This document shows, piece after piece, positions 1 to 10,681 of a DNA stretch of 64,000 nt. The translations under genes and the position numbers were made by a program. Numbering within the stretch: position 1 is the first letter of the stretch; each line of letters opens with the position of its first letter. Below the pieces are notes generated by a model, which saw nothing but the letters and a program-made list of their open reading frames with translations, ran no database searches and was not told where the DNA came from. Origin of the DNA: Eledone cirrhosa (taxonomy: Eukaryota); the NCBI GenBank assembly GCA_964016885.1, contig OZ024755.1, forward strand, positions 30,690,001 to 30,754,000, written 5' to 3'.

Positions 1-86
1 GTGTGTGTATGTGCGTGCGCGCGTGTGTATCTGCGTGTGCGCATGTATATGCGTATTTGTGTGTGTGTGATATGAATTTACGTATG

Positions 87-155
<69 letters not shown>

Positions 156-214
156 ATGTACTTGCAGAGCGAAAAATAATAAATTCCAACAAAACTAGTG
201 ATGTTCTGCGCCAA

Positions 215-1400
215 TAAAATATATTTCATGCCAACCAATAAAATAACCTCCAACACAAATACTCGGGCATTTGTATAGAGACATCAGGGCAACAAGAAGC
301 TGACCATTGATCCCAAACTCCTGCAAGATCTTTCTTTCAAATTTCTGTACGTTCACTAATATGTTTCGTGTAATACTTTCACTTATTTCCCCTATTCCAC
401 CGTAGATCATAGCTTTTCTTTTATAATACTTGTGTGATCTGGTTGTAACGTTGTTGTGTGTAAAATATATTTCATGCCAACCTCCAACACAAATACTCGG
501 GCATTTGTATAGAGACATCAGGGCAACAAGAAGCTGACCATTGATCCCAAACTCTTGCAAGATCTTTCTTTCAAATTTCTGTACGTTCACTAATATGTTT
601 CGTGTAATACTTTCACTTATTTCCCCTATTCCACCGTAGATCATAGCTTTTCTTTTATAATACTTGTGTGATCTGGTTGTAACGTTGTTGTGTGTAAAAT
701 ATATTTCATGCCAACCTCCAACACAAATACTCGGGCATTTGTATAGAGACATCAGGGCAACAAGAAGCTGACCATTGATCCCAAACTCTTGCAAGATCTT
801 TCTTTCAAATTTCTGTACGTTCACTAATATGTTTCGTGTAATACTTTCACTTATTTCCCCTATTCCACCGTAGATCATAGCTTTTCTTTTATAATACTTG
901 TGTGATCTGGTTGTAACGTTGTTGTGTGTAAAATATATTTCATGCCAACCTCCAACACAAATACTCGGGCATTTGTATAGAGACATCAGGGCAACAAGAA
1001 GCTGACCATTGATCCCAAACTCTTGCAAGATCTTTCTTTCAAATTTCTGTACGTTCACTAATATGTTTCGTGTAATACTTTCACTTATTTCCCCTATTCC
1101 ACCGTAGATCATAGCTTTTCTTTTATAATACTTGTGTGATCTGGTTGTAACGTTGTTGTGTGTAAAATATATTTCATGCCAACCTCCAACACAAATACTC
1201 GGGCATTTGTATAGAGACATCAGGGCAACAAGAAGCTGACCATTGATCCCAAACTCTTGCAAGATCTTTCTTTCAAATTTCTGTACGTTCACTAATATGT
1301 TTCGTGTAATACTTTCACTTATTTCCCCTATTCCACCGTAGATCATAGCTTTTCTTTTATAATACTTGTGTGATCTGGTTGTAACGTTGTTGTGTGTAAC
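215..1400. repeat. Tandem repeat, 234-bp unit, about 5 near-identical copies; the unit contains a LINE RT-like fragment on the minus strand
   Basis: cctccaacacaaatactcggg recurs at 247, 481, 715, 949 and 1183 (234-bp spacing). The minus frame reads KILQEFGINGQLLVALMSLY, which resembles the RTE-type RT segment that follows the DxxKAxD motif. Confidence 0.9.
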
Positions 1401-1471
1401 ACATAAATATATGTGTAACACTTTAATATTTTTACGTTTGTTCAGTATTTTCTGTTAATTCTGTTCCCCTT

Positions 1472-1692
1472 GTGAAGGTGTGTGGCTGAGTGGTTAGAGA
1501 ATTGGATTCGCAGTCGTGAGGTTGTGAGTTCGGTTCCTGGAACAGGCGATGAGTTATGTCCTTGAGCAAGACATTTTATTTCACGTTGCTCCTTCTACCT
1601 GGAGTTGCGACCGGTAGATGGTAATAGCAATTGGAAAGACCAACGGAAACATTGTTTCCTCGGTCCGATTTGACGAAAGTCGGTCGATCCTT
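1472..1692 (+). mobile_element. tRNA-derived SINE (family 2, V/CORE-like body)
   Basis: A-box-like tggctgagtggtt, B-box-like gagttcggttcc, body gtccttgagcaagacattttatttcacgttgctcc. An inverted copy lies at 2293-2511. Confidence 0.75.
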
Positions 1693-1865
1693 TGTTCCTC
1701 TTTGAGATGTTAACGTTAAGAGGTGCAATTGTCTGTTTTGTGTTAGTTTCATGACGTAGAGCCCACTCTGAATGACGTAGAGCCCACTCTGAATGACATG
1801 CGTACGACAACCGTTTTGTAGAGTGACCGCTGTAAGCTGAGACTACGAAATTCAGCATTATTTGT

Positions 1866-3850
1866 ATTGGCAAGGTCGGACTCCATGCTTTGCAGCCCAG
1901 AGTTATGCCCCTTTACGATCTGAGTTCAAATCACGCCGAGTTTAACTTTGCCTTTCATCCTTACGTTACGGGGTCGATATAATAAAGTACCAGTCAGGCA
2001 CTGGGGTCGATTTAATCGACTTTCCCCTCCCTCCCCCCAAAAGAATTGCTGGCCTTGTGCCTATATAAGAAACCATTATTAATATTAAAGGGCGGTGGAT
2101 TGGTAGTATTGGTAGAGGGCCGGACGTCATGCTGTGCAGCATAGAGTTACGGGTCTTTCCATTCTGAGTTCAAATCCCGCCGAGGTCAACTTTGCCTTTC
2201 ATCCTTACGGGGTCGATAAAATAAAGTACCAGTAATGTACCGGGTAATTGCTGGCCTTGTGTCAAAAGTAGAAACAATTATTAATATTTTTAAGGAACGA
2301 TCGACTTTCGTCAAATCGGACCGAGGAAACAATGTTTCCGTTGGTCTTTCCAATTGCTAATACTATCTGTCGGTCGCAACTCCAGGTAGAAGGAGCAACG
2401 TAAAATAAAGTGTCTTGCTCAAGGACATAACGCATCGCCTGGTCCAGGAATCGAATTCACAACCTTACGATTGCGAATCCAATTCTCTAACCACTCAGCC
2501 ACACGCCTTCACTGGATTGGCAGTATTGGTAGAGCGTCGAGCACCATGCTTTGCGGCATAACGTTATGGCCCTTTACGTTCTGAGTTCACATCCAGCCGA
2601 GGTTAGCTTCGCCTTTCATCCTTACGGGGCCGATAAAATAAAGTACCAGTAATACACTGGGGTAATTGCTGGCCTTGTGCCAAACGTAGAAACAAATATT
2701 TTTCTTGTTGATGGATTTATCCCTGGGAATAGTTGAATAGTTTTTTAATAGCGTCGTTTATTTCTTTCGTTTTGCCTTGTTCGTATTTAAAAGTACATAT
2801 CGTTTTGATTCGTTTGTCTTTAATATGTGTCTTTCTGTTCTATAAACAGTAAATTGTATGTGTAATAACAAGCAACGGTTCTGCTTAAATATTCAGGAAA
2901 TTTGTTTGTATTTAACAGTTCACTCCATTGTTTTATTATTGTTCCACTTGCTGGCCTCATTTTACGCACGTTATTTCAACAAAGGGTAGTGGATTGGCAG
3001 TATCGGTAGAGGGTCGGACGCCATGCTTTCCAGCATAGTTACGTCCCTTTACGATCTGAGTTCAAATCCCGCCGAGGTTGACTTTGCCTTTCATCCTTAC
3101 GGGGTCGATAAAATAAAGTACCAGTAATGCACTGGTTAATTGCTGGCCTTGTGCCTAAAGTAGAAACAGTTATTTCAACAAAATCTTTTGTGGTAACCGA
3201 AAATATTATCATTACAGTATCAGTAGAGAGTCGGACACCATGCTTTGAAGCATGGAGTTACGGCCCTTTACGGTCTGAGTTCAAATCCCGCCGGGGTTAA
3301 CTTTGCCTTTCATCCTTACAGGGTCGATAAAATAAAGTACCAGTAATACACTGACGTAATTTGCTGGCCTTGTGCCAAAAGTAGAAACAATTATTATTAT
3401 TGTCGCCTATATATCGGCCCTTGTGGCCAATGAATGAAACCATCATTATTATTATTATTATTATTATTAAGGGCGGTGGATCGGCAGTATCGGTAGAGCG
3501 TCAAACACCATGTTCTGCAGCCTAGTGTTACATCCCTTTACGGTCAGCGGGTCGATAAAATAAAGTACCAGTAATGCACTAGTGTTGATTTTATCGACTT
3601 TCCCCCTCCCCATAATTGCTGGCCTTGTGCCTAAATCAGAAGCAATTATTATTATTATTATGGATTAGCAGTATCAGTAGAGAGTCGGACACCATGCTTT
3701 GAAGCATAGAGTTACGTCCCTTTATGATCTGAGTTAAAATCCCGCCGAGGTTAACTTTGCCTTTCATCCTTACGGGGTCGATAAAATAAATTACCAGTAA
3801 TGTACTGGGTAATTGCTGGCCTTGTGCCTAAAATAGAAACAATTATTATT
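1866..3850 (+). mobile_element. Cluster of about 7 copies of tRNA-derived SINE family 1 (Meta-SINE-like, about 190-220 bp)
   Basis: Repeated ggattggcagtatcggtagag (A box), gagttcaaatccc (B box), gcctttcatccttacggggtcgataaaataaagtaccag (Meta-like core) and gctggccttgtgccwaaagtagaaac-(att)n tail. The copy at about 2984-3168 is flanked by the TSD gttatttcaacaaa. Confidence 0.9.
2293..2511 (-). mobile_element. tRNA-derived SINE (family 2), inverted relative to 1472-1692
   Basis: Reverse complement of 1472-1692 at high identity. Confidence 0.75.
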
Positions 3851-4117
3851 ATTATTGTTGTTGAAACGGATTTCATATGTTATTTTCCAATGAATACAGC
3901 AAACCTCTAGTGATAAGGGAGAAATAAACAATGGTCCAGCCCTTACAATATTTCTGAAATCACTCCCTCTGCCACATGTAAAATTCCTTTCTGTTTTCCC
4001 TTTCCATTTATTTACTGTTTTTATGAAGTCATTTCAGGAACAATTACGTGACGAAATAAGACAATTGGTATCCAAGGTGTCTGAGATATTCCTGTAAAAT
4101 TGAATTTGTTTAACACA

Positions 4118-4179
<62 letters not shown>

Positions 4180-4199
4180 ATATATTTATATATATAGAG

Positions 4200-4450
4200 A
4201 GAGAGATAGGTAAATATACACGGGTGTGTATGATTGTGTATAGAAGATTATATTAATAAGAGGAATTCCAACTTTGTCTGATTTACTCGTTTTATTTACA
4301 ATCCTTTAAAATATATATAATGGTATTATAATGAAATAGTATGATAGAATATTAAAATCTAAGTGTTAATTGAACAAGTACTTTCATGCTTTCGCAATCT
4401 TCAGGTTCATAATATGTGGTGACAGTCAAGTTTGCAATTTTCAACTGTCT
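4200..4450 (-). mobile_element. Penelope-like element terminal (pLTR) fragment, family A, between (TA)n tracts
   Basis: Same sequence as 41867-42260; contains a hammerhead motif and is bounded by (TA)n. Confidence 0.7.
4371..4409 (-). ncRNA. Minimal type I hammerhead ribozyme (family A)
   Basis: Minus strand reads UGAAC-CUGAAGA-U-UGC(GAAA)GCA-U-GAAA-GUAC-UU-GUUCA: stem I UGAAC/GUUCA, intact core, palindromic minimal stem III. Confidence 0.8.
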
Positions 4451-4749
4451 ATATATTTATATATATGTATATATATATAAACGGAAAAAATTAAACGAAA
4501 TTTCATTTCCCACTCTTAGTACGGCTGTTACTTAAATATAACTATGTACACGTACATATATATATGTATACAGACGTACAGTAGTATGTATATATATATA
4601 CATACATGCACACACATATGTATATATATGCACGTATGGATTCACCGAACATTTATTATAATGCTCGGTGTGTTTGTAAACAAACATCCCGTATTAAGCC
4701 GTAGTGTCTAGCAACCATCGTTGCTCGTTTGTTCAACATTGACAAAGGA

Positions 4750-4792
4750 ACGCTGTACTAGTTTCAAGCTTATTAGCTATCGTCAGCAACGT
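4750..4792 (-). ncRNA. Minimal type I hammerhead ribozyme (family B)
   Basis: Minus strand reads ACGUUG-CUGACGA-U-AGCU(AAUA)AGCU-U-GAAA-CUAG-UA-CAGCGU: stems I and II pair, and stem III is the palindrome CUAG. Confidence 0.8.
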
Positions 4793-5210
4793 ATACCTTC
4801 CTGCCAGATTGTTGAACGTATATACTTACCTTATGCATATTAACGGCTGAGCAGCCCAATTTGCATTTCGAGTGGGTTAATCGGCCGGGTGCAACGAAAA
4901 CGATAAACGGAAAAAATGAAACGAAATTTCATTTCCCACTCTTAGTACGGCTGCTACTTAAATACAAGTATGTACACGTACATACATATATGTATACAGG
5001 CGTACAGTAGTATGTATATATATATACATACATGCACACATATATATATGCAATGTGTGCATGTGTGTATATATATATATACATACATATATGCATACAG
5101 ACGTACAGTAGTATGTACGTGTACATACTTTATATATATATATATATATTATATATTTTTTATTTTATAGAAGGAGCTTCTACAGGACTAGTACTGTTTC
5201 ATTCAGATGA

Positions 5211-5263
5211 GAGCTTCCTGAAGATTTCATCTGAATGAAACAGTACTAGTCCTGTAGAAGCTC
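5211..5263 (+). ncRNA. Type I hammerhead ribozyme (family C)
   Basis: GAGCUUC-CUGAAGA-U-UUCA(UC)UGAA-U-GAA-ACAG(UACUAGUC)CUGU-A-GAAGCUC: 7-bp stem I, 4-bp stem III, GUA cleavage triplet ending at 5256. Confidence 0.85.
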
Positions 5264-5499
5264 CTTCTATAAAATAAAAAATATATATATATAAAGTATG
5301 TACACGTACATACATATATGTATACAGACGTACAGTAGTATGTATATATATATACATACATGCGCACATATATATATATGCAATGTGTGCATGTGTGTGT
5401 ATATATATATATACATACTACTGTACGTCTGTATATATATATATGTATGTACGTGTACATATATATATATATATTATATATTTTTTTATTTTATAGAAG

Positions 5500-5552
5500 G
5501 AGCTTCTACAGGACTAGTACTGTTTCATTCAGATGAAATCTTCAGGAAGCTC
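5500..5552 (-). ncRNA. Type I hammerhead ribozyme (family C, second copy)
   Basis: Reverse complement of 5211-5263. Confidence 0.85.
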
Positions 5553-6238
5553 TCATCTGAATGAAACAGTACTAGTCCTGTAGAAGCTCCTTCTATAAAA
5601 TAAAAAATGTTTACTCTGCCATGTATTGAGTACCTTACTTACTGTGGTTATCCCCGACTCAACCCGGGACCTACGTATATATATTATATATATATATTGG
5701 GTGTAGTTAGTTCTTATCTTTGAGTGATTTGGCCTTGTTTAGAAAATTAATTGCCTGCGTTAGTGGACAAGTTTTCTACTGTTTCGCCCACTTATTCCCG
5801 AGCGAGATGAGAGTGGGGACAGAGTCCTCAAACACTCCCTCCAGCGGGTCCTCTCAGAGGCAACAGTCTCCAACTAATCCGGCTGGATCCCCCTAGCGAG
5901 ACCGGCCAAGCTTATGGATGTTATCCAACCATCTTGCTCGAGGTCGACCCCTGGGTCTCTTGTCGGTTGGTTTTAGCCCGATAAGAAATGGAAAAAGATG
6001 AGTATTGACGTACATGGGAGCCGAACCCACATCTTTGGTTATCCAAAACAATTTGCTACCATTACACCAACATAGTGTTTATTTGCTTTTAGTAGCTACA
6101 GCTTAATGAAGCACATACTGGGATTCGTTCATTGCTGTTTCAAATATGCACTTTTCTTTGATATGAAAATAAGGATATGTATTACAGCCCACGAGTTACA
6201 AACGCAGCAGTGCGGAATTATGCTCCATTATTTAAATT

Positions 6239-9200
6239 AAGGGTGGTTGATTGGCAGTATCGGTAGAGGGTTGGACGCCATGCTTTCTAGCATAGAGTTA
6301 CGTCCTTTTATGATCTGAGTTCAAATCCCGCCGAGGTTAACTTTGCCTTTCATCCTTACGGGGTCGATAAAATAAAGTACCAGTAATGCATTGGGTAATT
6401 GCTGGCCTTGTGCCTAAAGTAGAAACAATTATTTAAATTAAGGGTGGTTGATTGGCAGTATCGGAAGAGGGTTGGACGCCATGCTTTCTAGCATAGAGTT
6501 ACGTCCCTTTATGATCTGAGTTCAAATCCCGCCGAGGTTAACTTTTCCTTTCATCCTTACGGGGTCGATAAAATAAAGTACCAGTAATGTGCTGGGTAAT
6601 TGCTGGCCTTGTGCCTAAAGTAGAAACAATTATTTAAATTAAGGGTGATTGATTGGCAGTATCGGAAGAGGGTTGGACGCCATGCTTTCTAGCATAGAGT
6701 TACGTCCCTTTATGATCTGAGTTCAAATCCCGCCGAGGTTAACTTTTCCTTTCATCCTTACGGGGTCGATAAAATAAAGTACCAGTAATGTGCTGGGTAA
6801 TTGCTGGCCTTGTGCCTAAAGTAGAAACAATTATTTAAATTAAGGGTGGTTGATTGGCAGTATCGGAAGAGGGTTGGACGCCATGCTTTCTAGCATAGAG
6901 TTACGTCCCTTTATGATCTGAGTTCAAATCCCGCCGAGGTTAACTTTTCCTTTCATCCTTACGGGGTCGATAAAATAAAGTACCAGTAATGTGCTGGGTA
7001 ATTGCTGGCCTTGTGCCTAAAGTAGAAACAATTATTTAAATTAAGGGTGGTTGATTGGCAGTATCGGAAGAGGGTTGGACGCCATGCTTTCTAGCATAGA
7101 GTTACGTCCCTTTATGATCTGAGTTCAAATCCCGCCGAGGTTAACTTTTCCTTTCATCCTTACGGGGTCGATAAAATAAAGTACCAGTAATGTGCTGGGT
7201 AATTGCTGGCCTTGTGCCTAAAGTAGAAACAATTATTTAAATTAAGGGTGATTGATTGGCAGTATCGGAAGAGGGCTGGACGCCATGCTTTCTAGCATAG
7301 AGTTACGTCCCTTTATGATCTGAGTTCAAATCCCGCCGAGGTTAACTTTTCCTTTCATCCTTACGGGGTCGATAAAATAAAGTACCAGTAATGCATTGGG
7401 TAATTGCTGGCCTTGTGCCTAAAGTAGAAACAATTATTTAAATTAAGGGTGGTTGATTGGCAGTATCGGAAGAGGGTTGGACGCCATGCTTTCTAGCATA
7501 GAGTTACGTCCCTTTATGATCTGAGTTCAAATCCCGCCGAGGTTAACTTTTCCTTTCATCCTTACGGGGTCGATAAAATAAAGTACCAGTAATGCATTGG
7601 GTAATTGCTGGCCTTGTGCCTAAAGTAGAAACAATTATTTAAATTAAGGGTGGTTGATTGGCAGTATCGGAAGAGGGTTGGACGCCATGCTTTCTAGCAT
7701 AGAGTTACGTCCCTTTATGATCTGAGTTCAAATCCCGCCGAGGTTAACTTTTCCTTTCATCCTTACGGGGTCGATAAAATAAAGTACCAGTAATGTGCTG
7801 GGTAATTGCTGGCCTTGTGCCTAAAGTAGAAACAATTATTTAAATTAAGGGTGGTTGATTGGCAGTATCGGAAGAGGGTTGGACGCCATGCTTTCTAGCA
7901 TAGAGTTACGTCCCTTTATGATCTGAGTTCAAATCCCGCCGAGGTTAACTTTTCCTTTCATCCTTACGGGGTCGATAAAATAAAGTACCAGTAATGTGCT
8001 GGGTAATTGCTGGCCTTGTGCCTAAAGTAGAAACAATTATTTAAATTAAGGGTGATTGATTGGCAGTATCGGAAGAGGGTTGGACGCCATGCTTTCTAGC
8101 ATAGAGTTACGTCCCTTTATGATCTGAGTTCAAATCCCGCCGAGGTTAACTTTTCCTTTCATCCTTACGGGGTCGATAAAATAAAGTACCAGTAATGTGC
8201 TGAGTAATTGCTGGCCTTGTGCCTAAAGTAGAAACAATTATTTAAATTAAGGGTGATTGATTGGCAGTATCGGAAGAGGGTTGGACGCCATGCTTTCTAG
8301 CATAGAGTTACGTCCTTTTATGATCTGAGTTCAAATCCCGCCGAGGTTAACTTTGCCTTTCATCCTTACGGGGTCGATAAAATAAAGTACCAGTAATGCA
8401 TTGGGTAATTGCTGGCCTTGTGCCTAAAGTAGAAACAATTATTTAAATTAAGGGTGGTTGATTGGCAGTATCGGAAGAGGGTTGGACGCCATGCTTTCTA
8501 GCATAGAGTTACGTCCCTTTATGATCTGAGTTCAAATCCCGCCGAGGTTAACTTTTCCTTTCATCCTTACGGGGTCGATAAAATAAAGTACCAGTAATGT
8601 GCTGGGTAATTGCTGGCCTTGTGCCTAAAGTAGAAACAATTATTTAAATTAAGGGTGATTGATTGGCAGTATCGGAAGAGGGTTGGACGCCATGCTTTCT
8701 AGCATAGAGTTACGTCCTTTTATGATCTGAGTTCAAATCCCGCCGAGGTTAACTTTGCCTTTCATCCTTACGGGGTCGATAAAATAAAGTACCAGTAATG
8801 CATTGGGTAATTGCTGGCCTTGTGCCTAAAGTAGAAACAATTATTTAAATTAAGGGTGGTTGATTGGCAGTATCGGAAGAGGGTTGGACGCCATGCTTTC
8901 TAGCATAGAGTTACGTCCCTTTATGATCTGAGTTCAAATCCCGCCGAGGTTAACTTTTCCTTTCATCCTTACGGGGTCGATAAAATAAAGTACCAGTAAT
9001 GTGCTGGGTAATTGCTGGCCTTGTGCCTAAAGTAGAAACAATTATTTAAATTAAGGGTGATTGATTGGCAGTATCGGAAGAGGGTTGGACGCCATGCTTT
9101 CTAGCATAGAGTTACGTCCCTTTATGATCTGAGTTCAAATCCCGCCGAGGTTAACTTTGCCTTTCATCCTTACGGGGTCGATAAAATAAAGTACCAGTAA

Positions 9201-9254
9201 TGTGCTGGGTAATTGCTGGCCTTGTGCCTAAAGTAGAAACAATTATTTAAATTA
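6239..9254 (+). repeat. Head-to-tail array of 15 copies of SINE family 1, 201-bp unit
   Basis: Units start at about 6239, 6440 and so on to 9053. The 13-mer attatttaaatta precedes the first unit, separates all units and follows the last. Confidence 0.95.
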
Positions 9255-9559
9255 TGTATCTTTCAGCATAACAATAAATTTAACAGATAACATCTCTCAA
9301 GTTTGTAGGAAATTAATTAAGAATTTATCAAGTCGGTATTCATTACACACACTGTCAACTTTGGTATCCAAATTCATCGCACTGGCGGTTTTGATATACT
9401 CTCTCTTAACTCTTTATATACTGAAATTAAACTGGAATATAACTTTTATAATTTCATGAATTGATACAATGCAGAGAAAAAGTGTTTATCCATGAAACAC
9501 AGTTAAATACCATCAATGGCTTGATTTCATAGGAATTATGCTTGTATTTCAGTATTATA

Positions 9560-9890
9560 GTGAAAGCGCGTAATTTAGTAATTAGGGTATTGGGCTAACG
9601 GTCATAAAGCCGTGGGCTCGATTCCTGAACAGAGGGGCATGGTGTGTTCTAAGCAAAATATTTCATTTCACCGTGAACATCTGCCAGGAGTTGGAACTAG
9701 TGTTGGAACTGGCAGGTCGTATCAGCAATGGCAAGACGTACGTATTCCTTTGTCTGATCAGACAGTTGGTTCCTTTCCTTTTCCCTTTTCACTACTTTAT
9801 CCGATCTACAATCTTGCCTTTACATGATGGTAAAAAGATAATGAAAAAGCTTCTATACGGTCGCTCGATCTGCAATGGATAGCAACCCCA
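9560..9890 (+). mobile_element. Degenerate tRNA-derived SINE
   Basis: gtgaaagcgcg head, B-box-like ggctcgattcc and atttcatttcaccgt, similar to the family 2 head. Confidence 0.5.
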
Positions 9891-10242
9891 TTTCATTCAC
9901 CTAAGGCATGTTCCAATTTCGTTTCAATCTCTTTCAATGTATATTGCTTCGTAACATGTTTTCGGCTATCGTTTGTTTATATCCAGCCCAGTGGCACTTC
10001 AGGCATCTGTCAGATGTCCGTATGACTAATTTGTCGCTTATTTCAATGGTGATAACGAATTAAAATAATATCAGTACGAATGCTATTGTGTTTACTGTTT
10101 GACATTTGTTTATTTTTGTTACCAGGTTTTAAAACAATGCTTTTGTGTGTCACAAGCTAAAGATGTTCTTTCCGTTGCTATTGTAATGTGTACATAGATT
10201 CATACATACATACATACGTGCCTACATGTTTAAAGGTGCTTT

Positions 10243-10285
<43 letters not shown>

Positions 10286-10681
10286 CATACATACACACAC
10301 ACACGCATAAATATATGTACACACTATACTTACCACTTAAACATGAACCACCTACAAAGTGGAAAACACTTCAGATTATAGCGAAAGCAAATTGAAGCAC
10401 TGAGGCGTGGGCAAATGAAGTTTACAAAATTGGCGGTGAGACACGAAGAAAAATAAATGTTTATTTTGTTCACATTGTTGTATCCTTATCGAGGTTAAAC
10501 ATACTCTGTTTTCTGGTTAAATTTCCTACTTAACAAATATAGGTATTAAAGTGTCTGCGCTCTAACTCCTAAATAAATGTAGTTTCGTGTAAACATGGGA
10601 ATAACATATGTATTACTTTCGAAATGAAAATAAATAGCCCTAAATAGAATTCTACTATTTCAGTCACCAAGTATCTAATAA

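Larger units (their letters stand above)
5155..5680. mobile_element. Penelope-like element ends (family C) forming two palindromes of about 120 bp
   Basis: Hairpins at about 5160-5280 and 5485-5607 (ttttatagaaggagcttctacaggactagtac...gtactagtcctgtagaagctccttctataaaa), embedded in TA/TACA repeats. Confidence 0.75.

Noticed and set aside
5770-5870. Possible minus-strand hammerhead (ctgagag...gggcgaaacagta)
   Set aside because: The core lacks a full CUGANGA, and stems I and III do not pair convincingly.
6239-9254. CRISPR-like or tRNA gene array
   Set aside because: Units are near-identical over their whole length with no unique spacers, and the heads are tRNA-derived SINE sequence rather than cloverleaf tRNAs.
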